From NCBI RefSeq assembly GCF_963921235.1, contig NC_086108.1:76510001-76574000 (forward strand): DNA of 64,000 nt, in the 5' to 3' direction. Under the pieces are notes generated by a model that was not told the DNA's origin, made no database searches, and worked only from the letters and a program-made list of their open reading frames with translations. Origin of the DNA: Mobula hypostoma. Lineage: Eukaryota. Numbering within the stretch: the stretch's first letter is position 1; each line of letters opens with the position of its first letter. This document shows positions 37,975 through 49,029 of this stretch, in pieces. Both the position numbers and the translations under genes were made by a program.

Positions 37975-39619
37975 CAGGTGTCCCCCGCTTTTTGAACGTT
38001 CGCTTTACGAAACCTCACTGTTACCAAAGACCTACATTAGTTACCTGTTTTCGCTAACAGAAGGTGTTTTCACTGTTACGAAAAAAGGCAGCGCACGCCC
38101 CAAGCAGCCGCTCCTCCCTCGGAACTGCATTCTCGCCGGCATTGCTTAAACACGTGCCTGTGAGCAGCCATTAGCAAGATGAGTTCTAAGGTATCGGAAA
38201 AGCCTAAAAGAGCTCATAAGGGTGTTACACCTAGCGTAAAACTAGACATAATTAACCATTTCAATCGTGGTGAACGAAGTAAGGACAAAGTGAGTTTGGC
38301 TTGTGGAAGCTGACGAAGATGATGTTGAAGAGGTTTTGGCATTCCATGACCAAGAACTGATAAATGAAGAGCTGATGCAATTGGAAGAGAAAAGGATAAC
38401 AATCGAAACCGAATGCAGTAGCGAATGGACCGAAAGTGAAGTTGGCCAGGAACTGAACGTGAAGCAACTGCATGAGATTTTCGCTGCAATGATAAAAGTA
38501 CGGCTTTAATTTTGAAAGAGTATGTCAGTTTAGGGCATATTTACAGGATGGTTTGAGTGCTTACAAAGAACTGTATGATAGAAAAATGCGCGAGGCTAAG
38601 CAGTCAAGCATACTGTCGTCTTTCAAGCCTTCCACATCAGCCACAGCAGATGGCGAACCTCGACTTTCGACATCAAGGCAGGCAGACATAGAAGAAGATG
38701 ACCTGCCTGCCCTGATCAATGATGAGATGATACCCCAGTGTCCCAACACCCCAGTGGTCCCAACCTCCAGGCCGCAGACAGATACTGATTCGCAGAAAAT
38801 GCAGCGGTAGACGGGAGGCACACAGCACATCTTTAAGAAAAAAAGCTGAAATAAACATGCTAATTAATTACGTGCTACCTGGCACGTAAATGTCGGCCCA
38901 GATCAGAGGCGACGCAATCGGCAATCACCTCTGATCTGGGCCGACATCTACGTGCTGGGCAGCACCTAATTAATTAGCTTGTTTATTTTGGCTTTTTTCT
39001 TAAAGATGTGCTGTGTGCCTCTCGGCTGCCGCTGTACCGCTGTATGCTTCGCGGATCGGTATCGGTCCGCAGCCTGGAGGGTGGGGGCCACTGCACCACC
39101 CCAACCTCCGACGACTCAGCCTAACACCCCATCATCAGTGTGCTCGGTGCTGTCCCAATTCCGGTAAGTGATACTACACTGTACATACATTATTTCTACT
39201 TTATATCGGCTGTGTATTTTTACGTGTTATTTGGTATGATTTGGCAGCTTCATAGCTTAAAGGTTACTGGAGAGCGCTTGCGCTGTGTTTCTGTTCACAG
39301 CGCTTACGTGAGATTTTCTGCCGAGAGCGCTTGTGTGAGATTTTCGCTACGGTGGACAGTGTGGCAATGATTGTGGAAAAGTATTTCTACTTTATATAGG
39401 CTGTGTATTTATCATATTATTCCTGCTTTTACTATATGTTACTGTTATTTTAGGTTTTATGTGTTATTTGGCACGATTTGGTAGGTTATTTTTGGGTCTG
39501 CGAACGCTCGCAAATTTTTCCCATATAAATAAATGGTAATTGCTTCTTCGTTTTACAACATTTCGGCTTACGAACTGTTTCATAGGAACGCTCTACCTTC
39601 GGATGGCGGGGGAAACCTA
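37975..39619 (+). mobile_element. Tigger/pogo-type deleted DNA transposon nested in the right Tc1 TIR
   Basis: TIRs CAGGTGTCCCCCGC / GCGGGGGAAACCTA with TA flanks; MSSKVSEKPKRAHKGVTPSVKLDII (HTH) and acidic DVEEVLAFHDQELINEELMQLE; DDE core absent. Confidence 0.85.
38750..39093. repeat. Long imperfect palindrome, ~165-bp arms
   Basis: GGCACACAGCACATCTTTAAGAAAAAA...ATGTCGGCCCAGATCAGAGG is mirrored by CCTCTGATCTGGGCCGACAT...TTTTTTCTTAAAGATGTGCTGTGTGCC; centre ~38918. Confidence 0.9.
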
Positions 39620-39771
39620 TAATTCACAAATTAAAACTCTCAGTTAAATTGATTAAAATCCTTGGTTGTAATACTCATTTATGTGAACAAAGAGCTGGGG
39701 GCTGAATACTTTTACAGGGTACTGTAAATCCATAGAAAGGACAAGCATAAAATTTATTAGACAAAACGTAC

Positions 39772-40047
39772 CTGTGGATTTATCAGTTGCTCATCGCATG
39801 TTGCTTCAAAGTCCAAAACCAAAAAGTTGTGGTAAGTTTGAGGATGGAATGAAAACTTGGATGATGGCTGCTGCTGTTCTGAAGCCATGTTGTTAGCAAT
39901 CAGCAAAGATTGTGATGGAATACTTGAGGATTGTCGATTTGCAACCAGTTTTGTGCTTGTTCTCTTCAAAGATGTTCCCAATCCAGAACCTCTATATAAA
40001 ATGCGAAAAAACTGGCCACTTCTGTTCCAAGAGACAAACTGCACCAT
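39772..40047 (-). CDS. ERI3: ERI3 coding exon with ExoI motif (exon spans 40054-39772; first in-frame ATG at 40047)
   Basis: Translates to ...HPQTYHNFLVLDFEATCDEQLINPQ, matching the ERI3 motif YHYFLVLDFEATCDxxxIxPQ. Acceptor TTTTGTTACAG ends at 40055; donor GTACGT starts at 39771; phase 0. Confidence 0.95.
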
Positions 40048-40938
40048 TGGGTTCCTGTAACAAAATCAGAGATAGAAATTCAAAATATGAAGAAAACATA
40101 AAATGGCAAAAGATGTGTGACTAACAGTGAGCTGTACGCCAGACAAACCTTTGTCTTATTAGAAATAAATCCAAATTACCATGTACTGCAGTTTCACCTG
40201 AATTTGGCTATTTTCACCTCTCCCAAAACTCAAAAATAAATTTATTATCCAAGTACCAACACCACCCCAAACCATGCATCCATTCCATGCTAAATGAATA
40301 AAAATAACACTAAAACATGTAAATGTGTGACTATTTTATTAAGTACCAGTTATATTTATTTTGATGAGTAAAACTAGCAACATTTCTCTTCAACTGTATT
40401 AGCAATAATTCACGGTGCAAGATACAAATCCCGTGATATTTTGATTGCAACAACAGAAGCCTAGAGCAGGTTCTGAATTTAACATATTAAACTACTTGAT
40501 CGTGCTTGGCAATCACACACAAAACAAAAATATGGGGGGAGAAAATGGTGTTTTCACTTCAGAAATGTTACTTTGCATAAACTTAGTGAAAAGTTAACTT
40601 CCACAAATAATGATACCAGGAACACAAAGCATTTTCATTTTCAAAATGAATTAGACCGTGTAAGTCCAGATGTAACTATTATACAGCTTATATTTTGTTT
40701 CAAATCAGTGATTTCCTGTTACTGATTAAAGATTTCTCCTTTGGAAATACAAGCATAGATGCACAGTTCCAATATGCTGAACAATCTTATGCTTTCTTGA
40801 AATTTCTTTTGCTCTGAAGTTGTAGATCCATCCACGCTATAGTATGAATAAGAGTATAGTCTAACATGAAAGTCGCATTTAACAAGAGATAGAAGTCCAA
40901 TCAATGTCTTATATGCACAGTAATTTTAAGCACACAAG

Positions 40939-41167
40939 TTAAGGCATCCGATAGTCTTGCGAGACCATGGATCTGCGCCTGGAAAGTCTTCACTCTCCAG
41001 GGCACAGGCCTGAGCCATACAGCTTAGCACCAGTGTCGTCGCAGAGCAATGTGTGATTAAGTGCCTTGCATAAAGACACAACATGTTGCCTCGGCTGGGG
41101 CTCGAACTCACGACCTTCAGGTCACCAGTCCAATGCCTTAACCACTTGGCCACGTGCCCACAAGCAC
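40939..41167 (-). mobile_element. tRNA-Thr-like SINE, copy 2 (internal deletion)
   Basis: Same head and body as copy 1; TSD AAGCACACAAG at 40928-40938 and 41168-41178. Confidence 0.88.
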
Positions 41168-41191
41168 AAGCACACAAGGCACTCTGGATAT

Positions 41192-41700
41192 ACAGTGAAT
41201 TCCAGTTAATTGGGACACATCGGGACCAGTACATTTTGACCCAATTAGCCAAAGTTTCATCAATATAGATTTATTTTAAAAAGTCAAACTTCCATTTAAC
41301 TGAGTAACAAATTATGTATTTAAATAATACACAGAACAGATTAAAAACACTACCAATACTACAGCAGTACTATAAAACTGTAGATTAGTTCCTAATAGTT
41401 ATCGATGGAGGAATTCATCCAGTGTACGCTGCTGTGTTCTTTTGATTGACTGTAAATGAGCAAAATTAGCGCAAGTATCTAGTACAATGATCTTGATGAC
41501 TGCATCTGCTACCAGGCCACGCGGAAACGATATGATTTGGCGATATGAAATGATATGAGTCAGCTGCACCTTTCCTCATTCCCTGTCACGCACTGTTGAA
41601 CTTGAACACCCGCTGCCCCTGCCCCCCATCAGCCGGTCCGAAAGAATATTGTCAATATTAAACCGGTCCATGGTGCACAAAAGGTTGGGAGCCCCTGCTA
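41192..41700. mobile_element. DNA transposon fragments (Tigger-like left end; hAT-like right end near 41630-41698)
   Basis: TA-CAGTGAATTCCAGTTAATTGGGACAC, and AAAAGGTTGGGAGCCCCTG resembling the hAT MITE TIR at 61516. Confidence 0.5.
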
Positions 41701-43068
41701 TAGGGTATAGGGTTTATGGGGGAGGGGGTCATTGGTGAGGTGTAAATACCAGGTTAACAATTCTATAATAAATACTGGAAGAAAAGGGAAATATACTGGG
41801 AGACATAAACAATTTTAGATTAGATACAAGATAGAAAAATGAATCCAGAGTGAAACCACAATCCACCTCCAGGCTTAATATGAGGTTGTTGTTAAGTTTA
41901 CTGGAACTACATCAAAGCATTTAGGTTCTTACAACTTTACCTGCATTTAACCTGGAGAAAGCAACTGGTTTGTTCTAGTCTTAATATCAATTAGGCAGCT
42001 GGGCAGAAAAGAATATTAATAGTTCTGGTATTGCTGAAGTGGTAGAGAAATTGAGCTATCTATTGTCACTGTTTAGGTGAAAATTGATCCTTCTTTCACA
42101 TTTTGCTAATATCTAAAAGTGAATGAAACAGGCTCTCTTCCAGAAAAATTGTGAAGTGATTAGGTAGACACAAGGGGGAAAGAACATTGCTATCTAATTC
42201 TGAACAATGTAGCAAGAAGGCAGGATACTGTGAGAAACAAGAGTTTGGTCTGATAATGCAACAAAATGAAAATTAGAACAAGTAAGCATCTAAGCTATAT
42301 AAAAAAACATTGCTAAATAGCCAGTCTATCTGCAAAAAGTCAGTGCTATATAATGATTTTGTAAGCAGTAAATATGGAGCAAATTATATTTTGAATTTTA
42401 TGTAATATAAGCACGAGTGACAAAAATGAAAGTTACTTATTTTCTTTTTTGATAACCTGTGCACTGTAGATTTAAATCTACCAAAATTTAAATGCATACA
42501 GAATCTCTCACAAAGCTTAGTAAATTCATTAAGTGGTACGTACATTAGCACTTGCATTTGTTAATCTTTTATTTCACTCCAAAAAATATACTGTTTCATT
42601 CAGCATCTGAATGGCAAAAGAAAATCTAGGATTTGAAAAATTGACGCTGAAAACTATTCACAGTTGATTACAAAGCTATCTACATTCGAGTGCTGATAGT
42701 GGAATCACTAAAAGAAATGGATAGACTGTGTGACACATTAGTTTTAATATTTATTTAATGCAAAAGGCAAAAATTGATAAATTTTGGAAATTATTTATTG
42801 ATTTCTAAGCACAAAATGTCACATAAATGTGAATGTGCTACAATAAACTATTTATTATGCTTCGCTGACAAAATTCAAATTAGTAGAAAAAATCATTATT
42901 GACAGAAAATAATAGGACTAATACGCTCTTGTGCCAAATGCTTTCTCTCTCAAGCAGAGATTTGAAAGGAAAACAACAGGAATTCTGCAGATGCTGGAAA
43001 TTCAAGCAACACACATCAAAGTTGCTGGTGAACGCAGCAGGCCAGGCAGCATCTGCAGGAAGAGGTGC

Positions 43069-43104
43069 AGTCGACGTTTCAGGCCGAGACCCTTCGTCAG
43101 GACT
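43069..43104 (-). ncRNA. Minimal hammerhead ribozyme in the left pLTR
   Basis: AGTC-CTGACGA-AGGGTCTCGGCCT-GAAAC-GTC-GACT. Confidence 0.8.
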
Positions 43105-45325
43105 AACTGAAGGAAGAGTGAGTAAGGGATTTGAAAGTTGGAGGGGGAGGGGGAGATCCAAAATGATGGGAGAAGACAGGAGGGGGAGGGATAGAGCCAA
43201 GAGCTGGACAGGTGATAGGCAAAAGGGGATACGAGAGGATCATGGGACAGGAGGTCCGGGAAGAAAGACAAGGGGGGTGGACCCAGAGGATGGGCAAGAG
43301 GTATATTCAGAGGGACAGAGGGAGAAAAAGGAGAGTGAGAGAAAGAATGTGTGCATAAAAATAAGTAACAGATGGGGTACGAGGGGGAGGTGGGGCCTGA
43401 GCGGAAGTTAGAGAAGTCGATATTCATGCCATCAGGTTGGAGGCTACCCAGACGGAATATAAGGTGTTGTTCCTCCAACCTGAGTGTGGCTTCATCTTTA
43501 CAGTAGAGGAGGCCGTGGATAGACATGTCAGAATGGGAATGGGATGTGGAATTAAAATGTGTGGCCACTGGGAGATCCTGCTTTCTCTGGCGGACAGAGC
43601 GTAGATGTTCAGCAAAGCGGTCTCCCAGTCTGCGTCGGGTCTCGCCAATATATAAAAGGCCACATCGGGAGCACCAGACGCAGTATATCACCCCAGTCGA
43701 CTCACAGGTGAAGTGTTGCCTCAGCTGGAAGAACTGTTTGGGGCCCTGAATGGTGGTAAGGGAGGAAGTGTAAGGGCATGTGTAGCACTTGTTCCGCTTA
43801 CACGGATAAGTGCCAGGAGGGAGATCAGTGGGGAGGGATGAGGGGGACGAATGGACAAGGGAGTTGCGTAGGGAGCGATCCCTGCGGAATGCAGAGAGGA
43901 GGGGGAGGGAAAGATGTGCTTAGTGGTGGGATCCCGTTGGAGGTGGCGGAAGTTATGGAGAATAATACGTTGGACCCGGAGGCTGGTGGGGTGGTAGGTG
44001 AGGACTAGGGGAACCCTATTCCTAGTGGGGTGGCGAGAGGATGGAGTGAGAGCAGATGGGCGGGAGGATGGAGTGAGAGCAGATGGCGGGAGGATGGAGG
44101 ATGGAGGATGTCTCTGTCTCTGGAGACAGCTTATCCACTGATGTCTACTATAAGCCTACTGACTCTCACAGCTATCTGGACTATTCCTCTTTTCACCCTG
44201 TCTCTTGCAAAAACGCCATACCCTTCTCGCAATTCCTCCGTCTCCACTGCATCTGCTCTCAGGATGAGGCTTTTCATTCTAGGACGAGGGAGATGTCTTC
44301 CTTTTTTAAAGAAAGGGGCTTCCCTTCCTCCACTATCAACTCTGCTCTTAAACGCATCTCCCCCATTTCACGTACATCTGCTCTCACTCCATCCTCCCAC
44401 CACCCCACTAGGAATAGGGTTCCCCTGGTCCTCCCCTACCACCCCACCAGCCTCCGGGTCCAACATATTATTCTCTGTAACTTCCGCCACCTCCAACGGG
44501 ATCCCACCACTAAGCACATCTTTCACTCCCCCCCCCTGCATTCCGCAGAGATCGCTCCCTACGCAACTCCCTTGTCCATTCGTCCCCCCCATCCCTCTCC
44601 ACTGATCTCCCTCCTGGCACTTATCCGTGTAAGCGGAACAAGTGCTACACATGCCCTTACACTTCCTCCCTTACCACCATTCAGGGCCCCAAACAGTCCT
44701 TCCAGCTGAGGCAACACTTCACCTGTGAGTCGACTGGGGTGATATACTGCGTCCGGTGCTCCCGATGTGGCCTTTTATATATTGGCGAGACCCGACGCAG
44801 ACTGGGAGACCGCTTTGCTGAACATCTACGCTCTGTCCGCCAGAGAAAGCAGGATCTCCCAGTGGCCACACATTTTAATTCCACATCCCATTCCCATTCT
44901 GACATGTCTATCCACGGCCTCCTCTACTGTAAAGATGAAGCCACACTCAGGTTGGAGGAACAACACCTTATATTCCGTCTGGGTAGCCTCCAACCTGATG
45001 GCATGAACATCGACTTCTCTAACTTCCGCTAGGCCCCACCTCCCCCTCGTACCCCATCTGTTACTTATTTTTATGCACACATTCTTTCTCTCACTCTCCT
45101 TTTTCTCCCTCTGTCCCTCTGAATATACCTCTTGCCCATCCTCTGGGTCCCCCCCTCCTTGTCTTTCTTCCCGGACCTCCTGTCCCATGATCCTCTCGTA
45201 TCCCCTTTTGCCTATCACCTGTCCAGCTCTCGGCTCTATCCCTCCCCCTCCTGTCTTCTCCTATCATTTTGGATCTCCCCCTCCCCCTCCAACTTTCAAA
45301 TCCCTTACTCACTCTTCCTTCAGTT

Positions 45326-45361
45326 AGTCCTGATGAAGGGTCTCGGCCTGAAACGTCGACT
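45326..45361 (+). ncRNA. Minimal hammerhead ribozyme in the right pLTR
   Basis: AGTC-CTGATGA-AGGGTCTCGGCCT-GAAAC-GTC-GACT; loopless helix III with palindromic ACGT. Confidence 0.8.
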
Positions 45362-45989
45362 GCACCTCTTCCTACTGTGTTCACCAGCAACTTTGATGTG
45401 TGTTGCTTCAAGTGAAAACTTGAGGTAGTACATTAACAATATATAAAGGAAATGGAGGAGACAACGGGAAAATACAAATAAAGAACCTTTATCATCTAAA
45501 TTATTTTTGTTATATCAGTAATTGCAGGATGACAGAATACAATACAATTGTAGAGGAGAAACGGTCATTCGGCTTCTGGCTTAATAAAAGTTAGGCAAAA
45601 TATGTTCATGAACTGTAAATCCAATTAATGGATTTTGATAAAGTCACCAAGTTTTCAACAAAACCTTTCATATCCTGCACCTCAAAATGAATGCCAAAAA
45701 AAATGTCTGGTGGTAAAGAAATTATATACTCAGTTTTCTTCAGAGAACCATCACACTATCAAACTTTTTTTTCCACAGGGATTCCACATGATAATCCCAC
45801 TGAACTCTAAGAAAAGGAGTGGGTTTCAGTTTTGTATAACTATTCTGACGAAGGTAAAACTAACAGAACAGGAATTAGAACAAAAGCCAAGGGGACACCT
45901 GAAGGAAAACCATCAGAACGAATTGAAGAAATGTTTCAGATAAAGTCACATCACCTTGAAATGGTGTGCAGACATGAAAAAAAACGAGA

Positions 45990-46510
45990 AAAATGCAAGA
46001 GGACTGAGAGTTTCAAATGCCTAGAAGTGACCATCACCAACAGCCTCTCTTGGTCAAACCACATAGACGCCATGGCCAAGAAAGCACACTAGCACCTCTA
46101 TTTCCTCAAGAGACTAAAGAAATTTCTCAGCCCTCAACAGTTTTTATACATAACAGAAAGCATCCTATCTGGGTTTCACAGTTTGTTATGGCTATTGCTC
46201 TGCCCAGAACTATGAGAATCAGCAAAGTTGTGGACACAGCTCAACAGTCGTGAACCTTCCCTTCATGGACTCTGTCTGTGCTTCTCACTGCCTAAGTAAA
46301 GCAGCCAGCATAATCAAAGACCCCACCCACCCCAGACACTCTCTCTTCTCCTCTCTCTAATCAAGCACTGGACTTTTTCCTCTAACTGTAAAACTTCATA
46401 CTGCATTCTATTATTTTTTTCATTTGCACGACCTCAATTCACTGATGTATGAATTGTCATTCAAAACAAAGATGTTGACTGTCCTTCAGTACATGTGACA
46501 ATAATAAACC
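45990..46510 (+). mobile_element. Decayed Rex1/Babar 3' fragment
   Basis: ESFKCLEVTITNSLSWSNHIDAMAKKAH; DPTHP-like segment; AATAATAAAC end. Confidence 0.7.
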
Positions 46511-46524
46511 TATTTAGCAATTTA

Positions 46525-46980
46525 CACGAGACTGCAGATTTTAAATCTGGAGTAAAAGCAAACTACTGGAGGAACACAGTAGGTCAGACAACTTCTGTGA
46601 AGGGAAACAGACAGTTATTGATTTGGGTCAAGACCCTTCATCCGAACTGAGAGAGTAGAGGAGAGATAGCCAGAATAAAAGAGGGGTAGGGGTAGAACAA
46701 GAGCTGACAAGTGACAAGTGGATCCAGTTGAGGAGGCGAGATAGAAGGGGAAGCGGGGAAATGGAAATAGGAAGAGGCTGGGAGGTGATAGCTAGAGCCA
46801 CAAAGAGCTACAGATGATGGAATCTGGCAGCAAATTGGAACATGAAACCAAATAAGGGTCATGGAGTGGGTAGATGGAAACAATGTGGTAAGGGCACCCA
46901 GTAGGAGTGCATGGGTGACAGGCAGAGGAGGGGATGAAACATTGTGACCGGGGGCTAATGGGGTGGGATGTCAAATAGAA
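46525..46980 (-). mobile_element. Old Penelope-like 3' end
   Basis: CTGGAGGAACACAGTAGGTCAG...AAGACCCTTCATC followed by a purine-rich tract on the plus strand. Confidence 0.6.
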
Positions 46981-46984
46981 GAGG

Positions 46985-47890
46985 AAAATATGCAGTAAAT
47001 GGCAGTACCCTTAGAGGGATCTTGGTGTTCGTCCATAGCTCTCTAAAGATGACACACAAGTAGATATGGTAGTAAAGAAGGCATACAGCATACTTGCATT
47101 CATTAGTTGAGGTATTGTGTATGAATGTGGAGAAGCCATGTATAAAGTCACATGTACTGCATAAATTATTTGGTTCGGCTACATTTGGAGTATTGTGTAC
47201 AGTTCTAGTTGCTGCATCGCAGGAAATATATGGGGGCTTTGACAGGGTGCAGAAGAGACTCAACAGAACGTCATCTGGATTAGAGGGCATTAACTATAAA
47301 TGGGGGGGTGTGAAGAAATTTTAATTATTTTCTCTGGAGTGCCAGTGGCTGAGGGATGACCTGATATAAAAAAAAAGCATCTGTTAGTCTTGCAAGACTA
47401 TGGACCTGCGCCTGGAATGTCTTCATTCTCCAGGGCATAGGCCTGGGCAAGGTCATATGGAAGACCAGCAGTTGCCCATGCGGCAAGTCTCCCCCTCCAC
47501 GACACCAATGTTGTCCAAAGAAAGGGCATTAAGACCCATACAGCTTGGCACCAGTGTCGTTGCAGAGTAATGTGTTACTAAGTGCCTTGCTCAAGGACAC
47601 AACATGTTACCTTGGCTGGGGCTCGAACTCACAACCTTCAGGTTGCTAGTCCAATGCCTTAACCACTTGGCCACATGCCCACAAGGCCAAGTGACCTGAT
47701 AAGAGGTATAGTATCATATAGAATAGTAAGTCATTTTCCCTTGGTGGGAATGTCAAATACTAATGGGTAAAGCTTTAAGGCAAGAGGGAGAAAGTTTAAA
47801 AGAAATTAACAGGCAAGTATTTTTTTAAATACACAGAGAGTGTCAAATGCCTGAAACACACTGCCTAGGAAATAGAGGAAGAAAATGCTT
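46985..47890 (+). mobile_element. Decayed CR1 3' fragment interrupted by a SINE
   Basis: AGAGGGATCTTGG (RDLG), TTTGGAGTATTGTGTACAGTTC (LEYCVQF). Confidence 0.7.
47367..47691 (-). mobile_element. tRNA-Thr-like SINE, copy 3
   Basis: Full body; TSD TGACCTGATA at 47357-47366 and 47692-47701. Confidence 0.88.
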
Positions 47891-48364
47891 CAAAGGCAGG
47901 CCAAATAAAGGTAGAAAAAATAGATCACAAAAAGAAAATCACTTGTTCTTAATGTAGTACACTACGTACAACAAATGAAGACATTGATAAATACGATAAG
48001 ATACAATATTTTAGCTATTACAGACTATTACAGTAGCTTATAGAGGAATAGAACTGGAAACAATGTTCCTGGGTACTGGGTTTTCTGATAAGATATGAGA
48101 ACAAAGGCGCAAGCAGCAATGTTGGTTCAAGAAACAATGACACCTACGAGAAGAAATCGGCTCCAACCTGAAACATCAAGACTGTTTATCTTCCCACAGC
48201 AGAAGTCTGTTCTGCTGAGTAAATCCAGCATTATTATGTTTTTTGAGAAAGAATAACACGATGGGATGATCATCAAATGGGACCGTATGAGTTAAACTAA
48301 AGAATAAAAGGGAAAATTGCACTGTTGGAAGTGTATATTAGATTTTCAAACCATTGGGTTGATA

Positions 48365-48705
48365 CTTCGGTTCAGCTAGTAAAGTTGCTGCTGCGTCACT
48401 AATGACCTGAGTCCAGGCCTGATCTCTGGTGACGCCCGCATGGAGTTTGCATGTTCCCTCTGTGCGTGCATGGGTTTCAACTGAATGTTCTGGTTTTCTC
48501 CCTTCTCCCAAACATGTACAGATTGGTAGGTGAATTGGCCACTAGTGTGTAGATGAACAGTAGTGTGTGGGGGTTAAGAACATGGGAATATGGGAGATTA
48601 AAATGAGTTGGTAGGGTTTGTGTGAAAATAGTTAAGTGATGGTTGACATGGACTTGATAAATCAAAAGGGCTGTGTCAGTGCCATTTCTCTCTATGGCTC
48701 TACCT
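48365..48705 (+). mobile_element. V-SINE/HE1-like SINE
   Basis: TGGAGTTTGCATGTTCCCTCTGTGCGTGCATGGGTTTC...; CR1-like tail AAGGGCTGTGTC...CTCTATGGCTCTA. Confidence 0.7.
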
Positions 48706-49029
48706 AAAGGAAACCGGAAGAACAGAAAAGGCAAGAAATAATCAAGGTGGTAACAGAGGGAGATTTTACTGACTTAAATATTAACAGGTTTACAGTCAGC
48801 ATAAAAAAGTTAAAAGGTAGAGAATTCCTAAACCGCATTTCAAGAACTTCTTGTTTAAGCCAGCAGCCTAGGGAGAGAGCAAATTCTGAACTTAGGTTCA
48901 GCGAATACAGAAAAGAAAAAGTTAGATAGATCAGAGAGAACACTGATTGTAACATTATTCAGTCAAATTTAGCATAGTTATGGGAAAGGATAAATATAGG
49001 ACAGGACTATTGTGCGTCTTTTAATAGTA

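Larger units (their letters stand above)
37153..39724 (+). mobile_element. Internally deleted Tc1 transposon with long TIRs and two nested insertions
   Basis: TA-flanked TIRs CCGTGCCTTGTAAAACTATTCA / TGAATACTTTTACAGGGTACTG; remnants WKKVLWS, KYGGGSIMLW, GNMNAAKYREIL, FIFQQNNNPK. Confidence 0.88.
42967..45409. mobile_element. Young Neptune-type Penelope-like element, two 5'-truncated copies in inverted orientation
   Basis: Minus copy ~42967-44060, plus copy ~44110-45409. RT C-terminus YKPTDSHSYLDYSSFHP...IPFSQFLRL, Cys linker CKRNKCYTC, GIY-YIG IYCVRCSRCGLLYIGETRRRLGDRFAEH...E...QPDGMN. Confidence 0.95.

Noticed and set aside
43002..43691. 229-aa ORF as a domesticated GIY-YIG gene
   Set aside because: The extension comes from loss of the stop codon present in the sister copy and reads into the pyrimidine-rich pLTR; the ORF has no ATG start or splice context.
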